Positions 24,983 to 37,760 of a DNA stretch of 64,000 nucleotides are shown here, piece after piece. Location: NCBI GenBank assembly GCA_051294375.1, contig CM119268.1:6734676-6798675 (forward strand), in the 5' to 3' direction. The first letter of the stretch is position 1. Each line of letters opens with the position of its first letter. Source of the stretch: Paraspadella gotoi (lineage: Eukaryota > Animalia > Chaetognatha). Below the pieces are notes generated by a model that saw nothing but the letters and a program-made list of their open reading frames with translations, searched no databases and was not told the origin of the DNA. A program made the translations under genes and the position numbers.

Positions 24983-27900
24983 CTCTTCTCTCTCTCCTCT
25001 CTCTGTCTGGTCGCGTCCTTTCTCGCCGCGCCACGGGCGAGTCTGGTTGGCCTTGATCCCCCGGAGAAGAATTTCTAGGGTGGATGGGCAGGTCTGGGTG
25101 ATTCGTTGGCAGAGGGGCGGGAGGGGGGGAGTGAATAGTAAAAAAAAAAGGACGTTTAGGTTCATGGTTTTATTTCGGCACCGGAATTTGCAACAATAAC
25201 GAAAATATAGGACATTCCCGAAGGGAAGGAAGCTCAAGGTTTATAGTTGGAAGTTCTCAAAAGAAAAGGACGAATAAGTTTTTTTTGTTTTTTTTTTTTG
25301 AATTGTCAACAAAGAAAACCTTCCGGTTTTTTTCTGTTGACTGACTAGCAACGACCTTGAGTGCAATATTACTTTTCCTAAACTTATTACTTACAGTCAA
25401 GCAATGTAATTTTCGTTCCACAACCCAGCAAACTGTTTTTTGTTTTTGCTTTGAAGAAATGTCTTTTCTTAGACAGACAAATAATATATTTCCTTGAGAA
25501 AAGAATCTATGTATCTTTTTTGACAGGCTAGCAATGTTTTTTTTTTTATCATGATGCTGGTTGGCCTCAATGCACTATTTTTTCTATGCCAGACAAGCAA
25601 TGTCTTTTTTTTTTTTGACAGAAAAAGCTTTTGACTCACTATTAATATTTTTTTCTCTGTTCTTCAACAGACAAACAATGTCCCACGAACGGCTGCTCTG
25701 GAATCCTCAAGCAGCAGCCCTGCAAAGGGCACGGCGGTTATCCAGTCACTCACTTTTGGAGAACCACCGAACAGGGAATCTACTTTCAAGTAAGTGATCG
25801 ATAAGGATGATCGTTGGATTCTATTTATGGTTCCTTTTCGTTTTTTAGTTCGAAATTAAATTTAATATTTTGGCTCGAGCAATTGTCATGAACATCGTCT
25901 GTTGCATAAGTAGCGGCATGAAATTTTGGGACGCACGAAATTATAAATTGTATGGGATTTATTTGCTTCATTTACCTCATGAATTAAATTAATTAAACAT
26001 CTCACACGATTTATTTCATTTCATTTAATTTCCTCGTCACTCCAGTGCAAAGGAACTCACGATCACGATCGACCGCTGAAGCCGAAATCTCGTCAGAACC
26101 GCGCCCTCAAAACCGCCGCCTCCGTCTCCGCCAAATCGTCCGCATCCTCGGCCGGCTCCGGCGGCGGCGTCGTCTGTAGCGGCGGCGGCGGCGCCACCGT
26201 CGAAACCGCCACCTTCGAACTCAACCGACAGAAACAAAAGATGGAAAGGTTGAAAGCGACGACGACGAGAAGAGAGAAAATGGTGAGAGCATTGTCATTT
26301 TGTTTTTTGTTGTTTTTTGTTTAAAAAAATGTATATATATATATATCGCATTGTTGGTCGTTTTATTGTTTTTGAGCCGTTATTAAGTCATTGTTCTTTT
26401 TCAGTTTTTAATCGTTGCTTCGTCGATTTTTATGAATAATTTTTCAATGTCGTCCGCCTCGGTTATTATTATCGTTCATACATATAAGTGATGTTATTGT
26501 TTTGTTCTTTTTCTCTGTTGTTCTATTTTTTAGTTTTTATTGTTTTTATTGTTTTTAAAAAAAAAAAAAATTTAGGCGAAGTACCGGGACTAGGGGAAGA
26601 GAGAGAGAATGGGGCTTTTTTGTCTCTTTTTAACGTTAACCTCGCCGAAGGTTGATGGAAGAGGCTTAACTAAGGGACTTGGCCGCTTTTTAACTTTGAT
26701 AGAAAGGTTCAAGGTTCAAGGCCAGGTCTGAGACGGACACTTGAAATGTTTAAGAAAGGCATTTAAGGCTAAGCATCAAACAATATATTTTAAAAACAAA
26801 CCTTAACCAGTTTTAACTAAAAAGATGAAATGGGCTAAATCTCGGAGGTCAGACGACGACAATAGACGCTTAACCAATAACCACATAGTAGTGGTTCATT
26901 GCCATCTCCTCTCGCTTTTGGCCTCTCTAGTTTCATGGGTTAAATCCTTTTGTTTTAAGCGACCTTCGTAACCGTACGCCGTGAGGATTTTGCCCTCTAA
27001 GAGAAAGAGAGAGAGAGGAGAGGAGAAGAAGAGAGAGAGAGAGAGAGAGGAGGAGAGAGGAGAGAGAGAGAGAGATGAAAGAAGTAATAATCGCAGAATG
27101 TCCGAGGTTAGTTAAAGCTAGAGTGGGAAGATGTGTAAAAGGGCATAAATTGGAAGCAGATGAAGAGGGGGAGGGAGATGAGTGATTTGAGAGATGGATG
27201 GAGAGAGAGAGAGAGAGAGAGTTTTTTGCGTTCGATTCACAAAGGGCCCTCGGGCGTTTTCTTTTTTTTTCCAAAACGGGACTCGCCGCTGCGCCTCCTG
27301 CTTGAGGAAAATCCTTCTTCTCTCCCTCACTCCCTTTCTCTCTCGTCTGCTCTCGTCTCATCCTCGTCCGCAATGGTCTCCTCTCTCTCGTTCTCTCGCG
27401 GTATCAAAGTGTGTTCGGCCAATTCTCTCTCTTCTCTCTTCTCTCGTCTCTTTCTCGGTCTTGTTTTTTGCTGACTTTCAGTTTTTTCCGTACTTACTTT
27501 TTTTTCGGCTTTGCTCTCTTTCTGTATCTTTTCCAACTTTGTTATTTCTACTTGCAGTCGCGCGAGCCGTTGAAAAGATGATGAGAGTGACAATGATGAC
27601 GACGATAGCGACGACGATGACGACGATGGCGACGACTATGAAGACGGTCAGACAATTAAAAGGGATTTAAATTTTCTAACGTTTGTCGAAGATTAAAGAA
27701 GCGGCTCTTTCGTTTAAAGGATTTACAGACATCGGTTCACTATTGAACGAAATTCTTCAAAATTTGAAATTAAATATTTTTTATGTATTTCTTTTATTTT
27801 AATAATTGTATTTAAGGAAAATCTGTGGACTAGTCTTTACTATCAAACTTATATATACTTTTTTTATAAAGTAAACCAATTACTCAAGAAAAAATATTTA

Positions 27901-28984
27901 AAAACGTTTTTTACTAATATTTTTAAATGCTACAGACAGAAAGCGATAGACACATTTCGTCTAAAACTTAGCACCCGGCCTTTTTCGGCGGTGGAATCGT
28001 TTTAATGGGGATTTATTCTTTTAAATTTGACTCGTTCTTTTTTTTCTTTTTTTTAATTCGCTCCAAAAAANNNNNNNNNNNNNNNNNNNNNNNNNNNNNN
28101 NNNNNNNNNNNNNNNNNNNNNNNNNNNNNNNNNNNNNNNNNNNNNNNNNNNNNNNNNNNNNNNNNNNNNNNNNNNNNNNNNNNNCTTCTTTTCCTAGTTT
28201 CTTTCTGTTTATTTGTTTTGTTTGTTTTGTTTTCCTCCGAAGCTGAAAAAGAATTACATCCTCATTAGAAGCATAAAAGGATTCATCCTCTCGATTTCCT
28301 CTCCATCGTCGTCGTCGTAGTCGTCGTCGTCGTTGTTTTCCTTATTTTCTTTCGATTCCATTCACGATTTCCAGATTTCGGATTCCATTGTCCCCCTCAC
28401 AAAAAAAAAAGAAAGAAAGAGAGAAACTCGTGAATCCACGCGTGAGGAGGATCACGAGGTAGGATCACGAGTTAAGGTCACGTGACTCGACCTGTCTCTA
28501 TACACGTCACGTGATCGCTTCGTCGCGCGCGGGTCAGTTTATCTCCAAAGATTCCATCTGCTTTTTCTCATCGCCGTCGGTTGGTCCTTTCATCGGCTCT
28601 TCTTTTGAATAGGGATTAAAACATTACTTTTTTATGATTGGATGGTTGTAGTCGGTCGGTCGGTCGGTCGGTCGTCCGGATAGTTGAACGGATAGATGGA
28701 TGATAAATTAGCCGAGAGGACTTAACTATCATTTAAGTATGCAATGAATTCAAAACAAAATCAAAGTTTCGGCCGTATTTTCTAAAAGCGGCCCATTTCA
28801 GTTTAAATTCAGAATTAAGTTAGTTTTTATGGATGAATAAGAGGTTGAGGATTAAGTTAAAATTAAAAGTTTAAGAAACTGAAACGCTTTTAGATAATAG
28901 TGCTAATTATTTTGGGTCTATTTTATATTTTGTCTATTTTCAGTTGGTTTAACGTCTAAAGTTGGTCTCATCGTGTTGTTTTTG

Positions 28985-29018
<34 letters not shown>

Positions 29019-29409
29019 TTTTATTTTTGTCCGAATTTCGTCGTCCTCATTTTTTTTGTTATCTTCTATCGTCTCTGTGACATTAGTGATGGTGAATGCG
29101 GAAGGAGAGGTTGGGGTGAGGTGAATGAAAGGAAGGAGGTAAGCAAAGAAGGAAGTGAAAGGAAGAAAGGAAAAAGAAAGGGAGCGTGGATAGAGAATGG
29201 AAAGAGATGAGAGAGAGAGAGAGAGAGNNNNNNNNNNNNNNNNNNNNNNNNNNNNNNNNNNNNNNNNNNNNNNNNNNNNNNNNNNNNNNNNNNNNNNNNN
29301 NNNNNNNNNNNNNNNNNNNNNNNNNNNNNNNNNNNNNNNNNNNNNNNNNNNNNNNNNNNNNNNNNNNNNNNNNNNNNNNNNNNNNNNNNNNNNNNNNNNN
29401 NNNNNNNNN

Positions 29410-29448
<39 letters not shown>

Positions 29449-29961
29449 GTTAAGGATTTGGGGTGAGGCGAGGTCGCGTCGAACGAAAGGTAAGGAAAAT
29501 CTCGGAAGGACGATCTATCGCCTCATTTGCATATCACCTGGCAATTTTCTTTTCCATGCGTCGACCCTATTTTAAAAATTCAGAAAAACCTTTTCCGTTT
29601 TTGGGGACATCATGCTGACAGATATTGTCATCTCGCGCATCTGAAGACAGAAGCTGGCCAAAGAAATAATTATCGAGTCTTGTTTTTCTTCAATCTGTAC
29701 AATAATTTAAAAAAAAAAGAGAGAGAGAAAAAAAAATTAAGAAAACGGTTTTTTCTTTCTTTTTTCTTTCTTTCTTTCTTTTTGCGATCTGTCCGTCTCA
29801 CTTTTCTAATTTTCCTAATTACATAATTAAATTAATTATAGATTTAAAATTCTGGTTCCATTGTTTTGAGTCGCCGAAGATTTTTTGACAGAAGAAGAAA
29901 TGAAGTCGTTTTTGATTCGGAGAATTTGTAACAAAAGGAAAGAAAACACGAGATAATAGAG

Positions 29962-30019
<58 letters not shown>

Positions 30020-31412
30020 AAGCCTTTTGAAAGACAAAAATAGAAAAAGACAAAAAATATAGAAGAAGAAAAGTGTTAGAATTTGGATTGTAATAATTTT
30101 ATGAAATTATCTATGACATTTTTTAAAATACTAAAAAAAATCAAGTGGACACCTAAACTCCAAAAAGAAAATGAAAGATACAATCGACCATCGAAAAAAA
30201 ACAAAAGAAAAAACAGTCGATCGTTTGTTTTTGTTTTTTTTCCTTGGCTACAGTTTCGGGACCCGAAAATATCCATCGCGCGCCCTTTTGTTTTTTCCTC
30301 TGTTTTACAGATGGTCAATTTCCATCCTCTTCCTCCTCCTCTTCCTCTTCTTCCCCATTGAAGATCATTTTTTTTACGAGTGGCCTCTTGGAATTGTAAC
30401 GACTAATGAGTTTCCTCCTCCTCCTCCTCCTCCTCCTCCCCGCTTTTTCCTCACCTTTGACCCAAAAAAACCTGAGAAGCTTTTCGATTGGGGTGGGAGG
30501 AGAGAAGACGTTTCAGATTTCAACTGTTCTTTTTTTAATACATTAACATTAAACAACCAAACTTTATTTAAGTTTAGACCTTCTGCGTCTAATTTCGTCC
30601 CCCGCCTCGTCGGAGGATTAACCCTTCGAAAATAAGACAAAAAAGGGAAGAGGTTTAAATTGCTTTTGTTGTTCTTCCTTTAAGGTAAGAGGTTTTGAAA
30701 GAGCGAGGGATCGAAGCGTCGAAGTCAAAACAAACCCTTACCCTCGACTCCTCAGTCCTCACCCTTAACGACGACGAATCGGATTCTTTTTTCGACTTTT
30801 TAATCCGACGCCACTTTTCGAGCTTCACCCCCCCGCGGTGGAGGGGTGATGAGCTTTGAACCTGGTTTTGGACGGGGGTTCAAGGATGGTTCTTCTGAGC
30901 TTTGAACCTTGGTTGTAAGAGGTGCGAGCATGATCCATATACTTGTGATGGGGCTGCAGTAATTACGTTTCTTTTACGAGCTTCAACTGTGATAATCGAA
31001 TTCAAACGATTCCATAATGGGGTTCGAAGTGCAGTAGCGAGCCTTAGACTTTGAGCCTAAGACTGAGCTGACATCCGATTGGGTTAAAATCGCGCCTCCT
31101 ACGAGTTTATCCTCTGCCGCCCATTGGGCCAAGATTAAAGCCGTGAAAACCTTTTTGTGCCTCCTGAGCCTGAATTATAGTTCTCGTCGTCGTCGTCGTC
31201 GACGCTGTCAAAAGGTTCGTTGGAAAAGGTGAGTAAAGGAAGGGTAAGTTAATCCTTTCTTTTATTCGTCGTCGTCTTCGTCGTTTTTCTTTTCGTCATC
31301 GTTGTTCATTTTTTATTATCGTATGTAGTCCTCTGTATTTTGTTGTCTCGTAGTTTGTGGTCTTTGTCATCGACTGACATCGTCGTCGTGATCGCCATTT
31401 TAGTTTCTGTCA

Positions 31413-31450
<38 letters not shown>

Positions 31451-34000
31451 TTCCTTGTATTTTTACAGTCGGCAGGTGAACCACGTTCCTCCTCTCTTCG
31501 CGTCAATTGATTCGAAAGGAGAATCGAATAAAAATGAAAAGAAAAATAGAAAATTAAAAATGAAAAAAAANNNNNNNNNNNNNNNNNNNNNNNNNNNNNN
31601 NNNNNNNNNNNNNNNNNNNNNNNNNNNNNNNNNNNNNNNNNNNNNNNNNNNNNNNNNNNNNNNNNNNNNNNNNNNNNNNNNNNNNNNNNNNNNNNNNNNN
31701 NNNNNNNNNNNNNNNNNNNNNNNNNNNNNNNNNNNNNNNNNNNNNNNNNNNNNNNNNNNNNNNNNNNNNNNNNNNNNNNNNNNNNNNNNNNNNNNNNNNN
31801 NNNNNNNNNNNNNNNNNNNNNNNNNNNNNNNNNNNNNNNNNNNNNNNNNNNNNNNNNNNNNNNNNNNNNNNNNNNNNNNNNNNNNNNNNNNNNNNNNNNN
31901 NNNNNNNNNNNNNNNNNNNNNNNNNNNNNNNNNNNNNNNNNNNNNNNNNNNNNNNNNNNNNNNNNNNNNNNNNNNNNNNNNNNNNNNNNNNNNNNNNNNN
32001 NNNNNNNNNNNNNNNNNNNNNNNNNNNNNNNNNNNNNNNNNNNNNNNNNNNNNNNNNNNNNNNNNNNNNNNNNNNNNNNNNNNNNNNNNNNNNNNNNNNN
32101 NNNNNNNNNNNNNNNNNNNNNNNNNNNNNNNNNNNNNNNNNNNNNNNNNNNNNNNNNNNNNNNNNNNNNNNNNNNNNNNNNNNNNNNNNNNNNNNNNNNN
32201 NNNNNNNNNNNNNNNNNNNNNNNNNNNNNNNNNNNNNAAAGATAAGTTCGAAACAATGTCAACTAAATTATTTATGTAATTTTTTAACAATAACAATAGT
32301 AAATTGTAAAACTTGCTACGCTTTTTGTTTACAAATTGTACAAAAACAAGGAAATAGATCCACAATCTCGTTTCCTTTCCTTCTTCGCGTATTCGATCGA
32401 CATCGAAAATTGTTTTCCTCGGGACGCTACACGCATCCTAGATTTCCGTATCGTGGGTCGTATCTCGAGATTATCTCGTAATTCAGAGCGTATCACGAGG
32501 ATCGATCGAGGCGTATCATGGCGTAATTTGGGGCGTATCATGGGACGTATCACGGATGACTCGTCCCGGCGTCGAAATCGATTATTCGTGTCGCGCGGCG
32601 TCGAAAAGACGAAGCGCGTGAAGATAAGATTTTCTCCCGCTGAGCGTCGTCTTCGCCGCGGGGGCGTTGGGAGGCGATACGACGACGATGACGACGAGGA
32701 GGACGATGACGACGACGATGACGACGATGACGACGACGATGACGACGATGACGACGACGTTTAATTTCGCGGTCAAAATTGGCATCGAAGATGATATAAT
32801 TCGCGGGAGACATAACAAATTAATTAAGGGGTCGCGTTGAGTTCTTCGAAGACGATAATTAACCCTTGAGACGCATCGTTTAATGGAATAGGGTGGGGCG
32901 GGATAAATTTAATTTTATATCGTGGTAAAAAGTAGCTGAAATTTTGACGGTTTCAAAATGAATCAAAGTCGAGCGAGAAATTATTAATGAAGTAATATGA
33001 AAAATTCGGATGGAAGAAAGAGAGAAAGAATGAAAGAAAGAAAGAAAGAAAGAAAGAAAAAGAAAAGAAAGAAAGAAAGAAAGAAAAGAAAGAAAGAAGC
33101 CAATGCAATGTACTCTAGTTGTTGTTGTTAATTACTAAATCATTATAAAATGTCATCATTAAATCCTCCTTTTCCTTTTCTTTCCTCCAGCGCAAACGCT
33201 CCGCCTCGAAATACGAAGATCCTCGAATCAAGAACTACATCAACCAACTGACGATTCACAACACCAACATCATCGACTTCTACCAAGTGAACCAAACCAA
33301 CGTCGCCAACACTCTCAACGTCCACGCCCGCATCAACGCCCCCAACTCCGCCGCCAGCGCCCACAACGGCGTTCCCCATTGCCCGACGCCGACGGGCATC
33401 GCGCCTCATTGCCCGTCCGGCGCGAACTTCGTCGCCAGCCCGACCTCCCCGTCGTCCCAATCATCTCAAGTACTCTATCAACAGCACGCTCACCTATCGC
33501 CCGAGGAGGCGCAGCTTCAGCAGCACCAACAGCGATGCGACAGCAGCAACGCCAGCAGCTGCAGCAACCACAGCAACATCGCGCTTATCAGTCAGGAGGG
33601 CGACCAAGTCATCGACATCGAGTGTCCGCGAATCGGCAACATCGACTTTCAGAGCGACTTCTTCGGACCCTTGAACTACGCCAACGCTCCCATGGCGCTC
33701 ATCGGTCAGTGCCCGACTAGAATGGGCCAATCAGAAACGATGGAGATCGACTTGACGGCTTCCTCTACGATGATTGGTCGAGATCCGAGAAGCGTAGCCC
33801 AATCACAGAACGAGATGGACTTGGGGTCGGCTTCGTCGACGCTGATTGGTCGAGATTCGATGGTCGCGACAGAAGTCGTCGACTCGGACTTGTCGACCCA
33901 GAATTGGTTGTTGGCGCCGACGCACGGTGATCTGCCGACGCAGGGGTCCACAACGACGGGTTACTGGCTGGGTGGAACCGTGACGCAGACAATCGTCTGA
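17128..34000 (+). CDS. gcm: Glial cells missing (GCM) transcription factor, ~976-992 aa
   Basis: Exons 17128-18384, 18824-19078, 21163-21293, 21695-21816, 25671-25789, 26046-26282, probable 31181-31228, 33191-34000. GCM domain: [110 protein letters not shown], with all eight Zn ligands present. GCCATG start. Extra exons could lie in the N-gaps of intron 6. Confidence 0.93.
22059..24915. repeat. Apparent ~1.4-kb tandem duplication (22059-23454 / 23480-24915) across a 25-N gap; probable assembly artefact
   Basis: The copies are collinear and differ almost only by 1-2 nt indels; separated by exactly 25 N (23455-23479). Confidence 0.85.
31181..31228 (+). CDS. gcm: Probable 48-nt gcm exon ([16 protein letters not shown]) with an alternative in-frame donor 15 nt downstream
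   Basis: ttatag acceptor, AAG|GTGAGT donor, phase 0-0, fits between exons 26046-26282 and 33191-34000; second donor AGG|GTAAGT at 31244 adds VSKGR. Confidence 0.55.
32440..32760. repeat. Degenerate CGTATC(A/G) minisatellite followed by a (GAC/GAT)n microsatellite
   Basis: Repeated cgtatcgtgg/gcgtatcacg/gcgtatcatgg units at 32447-32555; (GACGACGAT)n at 32680-32760. Confidence 0.7.
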
Positions 34001-35132
34001 ACCTCAAGAAAATCTCTCGTCCGTTTCACAATAGCGTGACAATCTTTACCGACAGCTTTTTCCAAAATTAGTGCAATATCATGTTTTGCTATATTTGTTT
34101 AGTATATTTTTCTACTTCTTTGGCTTTTAGGTTTTTAGAATAAATATATAGGCGATGCGCTCTCCGATTGTAGTTGCTGATAATCTTCAGTTGTGATATG
34201 TTTCAAATCTATGGCTTGTATGCGCACATCTTGTCAGTTGTAAATATTTGTCATTATGGTGCTATTGATAAATTTTAACATTTATGTGGGGTAATTTAAA
34301 TTTAACAGATAGCTGTAGCTACTATCGTGGCGTTCAAACAATCTAAAGTGTATTGATCTCTTTAATATGTGCAGAATTAACAAGCTGGTCTTGAAATTAG
34401 TTTCGTAAAATGTTTAGCAGCATCGCGCTTTGAATATTTCTTACAATAACTTATTTATTTTTTAAAAAGCCGAGTATTTCTTTTAGTCAATTAAGAATCA
34501 GAACGTTTTAGTAATGTTTAACTTGTTTTTCTTTTGATAAAATAACATGAAACTATGTTATAAAATGTATAATAATTGTTGCATTGCCACATTGCGCATT
34601 ATCTTGTCATTTGTGTCATTTATTGTTTAATCTTATCATTCAATCGAAATAAAATGATCAATTTTTAATTTCCTACCATTATTTGTAATATTACACATTA
34701 CCAGGTCAAGGAAGGAAGTTTCAATTCAAAATGTTTTTAGTTAAGCGATACGATTTAAAAAAATATTCGAAATATTCATGAAGAAATTGAAGGTCAGAAT
34801 AGCTTAAAAATTGAAAAACAGTGCAGACCAATTGTAACTGCTCGATTTTGCATAGTTAAGTTCAGCTTGTTCTAAATTGAATCAACCATTTTCAAAATGG
34901 GAGCGGTTTTTGATGAAAAATACAAATTTACGAAGAGATTTCAAATAAAAATTACAGATAACAGGAAAGAGCTAAAAATCGTTTAAGTATTAACTTGAAG
35001 ACAAAGGATAATTTATTCGCTTCGAAGAGAATCAAAGACTTAATTAAGGGTCCAGCGATTACATTAAGAAAGAAACCAAAGACCGACTTAGAAAAATAAA
35101 TTATTAAAGAAAATCAAATCAAAATCAAGACT

Positions 35133-35345
35133 CAATCAGCCAATCGGTTACAACACTTTAGCCTCATCCGGGTGACGCATTCATTTCAAAGGAATATCAG
35201 CCAATCAGCAAATCTGTTACAACTCTTTAGCTTAATCGAGTTACACATACATTTCAAACGAATTTCAGCCAATCAGCAAATCTGTTACAACTCTTTAGCT
35301 TAATCCGAGTTACGCATACATTTCACGAATTTCAGCCAATAAATC
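35133..35345. repeat. ~68-bp tandem repeat, ~3 copies, each containing CAGCCAATC
   Basis: Unit approx. TCAGCCAATCAGCAAATCTGTTACAACTCTTTAGCTTAATC(C)GAGTTAC(A/G)CATACATTTCA(AA)CGAATT, visible directly. Confidence 0.9.
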
Positions 35346-35412
35346 AAAACGCAGAAACGTTATATCTCACTCAGTCACAGAATTAAATCAACGCTTACAT
35401 CAATGCGTAAAT

Positions 35413-35505
<93 letters not shown>

Positions 35506-35669
35506 GCGTTATATCTATCGGAGGAATCAAAAAAATATTAATTCAATTACTGGGTTTAATGGGTTTGGCTAAAGAAGAGACTTCGTCGCTTTGTTTGTCA
35601 GAGTAGTCTTCTCCTTTTCATGCGGGACCCGCCTAATTGACCAAGAGTCAGAGAGATAAAATGACAGAC

Positions 35670-35742
<73 letters not shown>

Positions 35743-37548
35743 GCAGTGATTTAAAGTGACGCGAGGTCGAATGAAGGGGTCGATGATTTTTGGATGTGAC
35801 TCGGCTGAGAAAAGTCTAATAATGCGAGGTTGCAGAATGTGTTGGTTAAAAAACAATTAGGTTAAATATGGGAAAGACATTCGCGATAGAATATTCTTCA
35901 TACAAAAAAAAAAAAACAATTCAAATTTCCGTGTTTTAACATTGATAGCGAATTAGAGAATAAGAATATCTTATTGTTTTAACGTCATCGCACGCACAGT
36001 CAGCATAATTATTTTAAATTTTATTTGAGAAAATTTAATTTAATTTTTTTTAGAAAAAAAAAATTGTCACTTCCACATACCCGACATAAAAAATCAAATT
36101 TAAACTTTTTTTTTCTTCCAGAAAAAGGACATATATAAAGACAAAAAAGGACAGATAAAAATTTCGTATGAAATAGCTTAGAAGTTTAACTAGTGTTATG
36201 ACTATATACAACACATGCAACATACAACACATAACTTTCATACTTAGAATCTAATTTTCGTAAAAAAATTGAATTCGATCTTAAAAGCCGAAAAAGGTTT
36301 TCGTCTCGTATAATTAGCATAAACGCTTCTCGCTTCATTTCCTCCGCAAAAATGAAAAGAAAAAAGAGAAGAAACAAAAAAGAAAAGAAAAGATTAAAAA
36401 AAAAAAATATCTAAAAAGGGTTTAAGTCGCTGTCGATACAAAAAACCTTTTGACGAAAGGATCGACAAAAACCCTTTCGCCGTCTTCCCCCGCCTTCCAG
36501 CTTCTCCGAGGGATTAAACTACAAAAGTCAATCATCTTTCGATCGGAAAGATGGAATTTTTATGACCGAATTTTTCATTTTCGATATCGAAGCCCCGAAA
36601 AAGTTGTTGGTTTCGAGGGGAATTCGCGGGGGTTTTCGGGGTTTTGAGGAGGAAGTGGAAATGGAAATGAAAGGTGGAAAGGATCGCCGAGGGCGTCATC
36701 GTCGTCGTCGTCGTCGTCTCATCTCATTCGCGAAAGACAATTTCGGAAAACCACAATGGATCCACGCGCCTGGGGATTTTATGTCACTTCGCATCAACGA
36801 ATGTCATCTCTGAAATTTCTCTTGATATCTTAATTTCATCGGAAAATAATTGAGATGCGGTTTCTTTTATTGTTTGAACATTTTATATTAATATCAACAT
36901 GCGATAGGGATCAAGAAACGACACATAGATATGTAATACACTTTATATAATTATAGTAGTCATACTCACGTTTTTTAGAATATTTTTCAATGCCAGCGAA
37001 AAAAAAAAATTTTCAAAAATGTTTTCACTTTCGGAGATTTCCCCTTTAAGCACATATACGACCGATGAAAGACGTAGGCTGATGTCAATATACGTAAAAT
37101 TATTTAAATTAGCGCGTTTAAAAAAAAAATAAAAATAAGAAGGGAAGAGACTCCTTTTGCTACGAGCGTCGAACGCGGACTGGACAACTCGGGGGGAGAA
37201 ACCCGCAAAAACCTAAACACGAATAAAGATTGGCAACATATGGGCCCCTCATGATATTGCTGGGGGTCCGCCACCGCCGACTCCGCCGCCACCGCCTCTA
37301 CCGCCGCTGCCACCGCCGCCACCGCCGCCACCGCCGCCCCTAGTCACAAAAAAAGTGACACACGCTTCCCTCGTTTTAGTCACTTGATTCCTTTTCAAGA
37401 TTAAACCAGTCTGTTTTTGCTGCTTTGATCAAATATTCAAAAGCCAAAGAGTCAATCGCCCTCATTTTTCTTTTTGGATTAACGGAAGAGCGAAGTTGAA
37501 TTTCTGGTGATTTATGAAATTGGTACAACCGATATAAAAATTATCCAT

Positions 37549-37760
37549 TCATTTAATAAATAAGCTATCTTGCCCATGACTTTGGACAGGTTTCTGTGGT
37601 TTAAGGCCTCCATCACTCTTACAAGATTATGACATAGCAAGTCCCTGCAAGCTTTCAATCAAGACTCTCTCACAGTCTCGTTTATTCACTCCCAGAGTAC
37701 CTGGCTTCCTTATCAATGAAGTGGTATAATGTTTCAAAGAATGTATCAATTGTATGAAAA
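37549..37760. repeat. Interspersed repeat family A, copy 2
   Basis: Collinear with 58677-58935 over ~200 bp and with 11101-11250. Confidence 0.85.

Noticed and set aside
35133-35345. CRISPR-like array
   Set aside because: Whole units repeat with no unique spacers; eukaryotic context, no cas genes.
37580-37620. Hammerhead ribozyme in repeat family A (minus-strand TGATGG...GAAAC)
   Set aside because: Core is not CTGANGA and no stem II can form.
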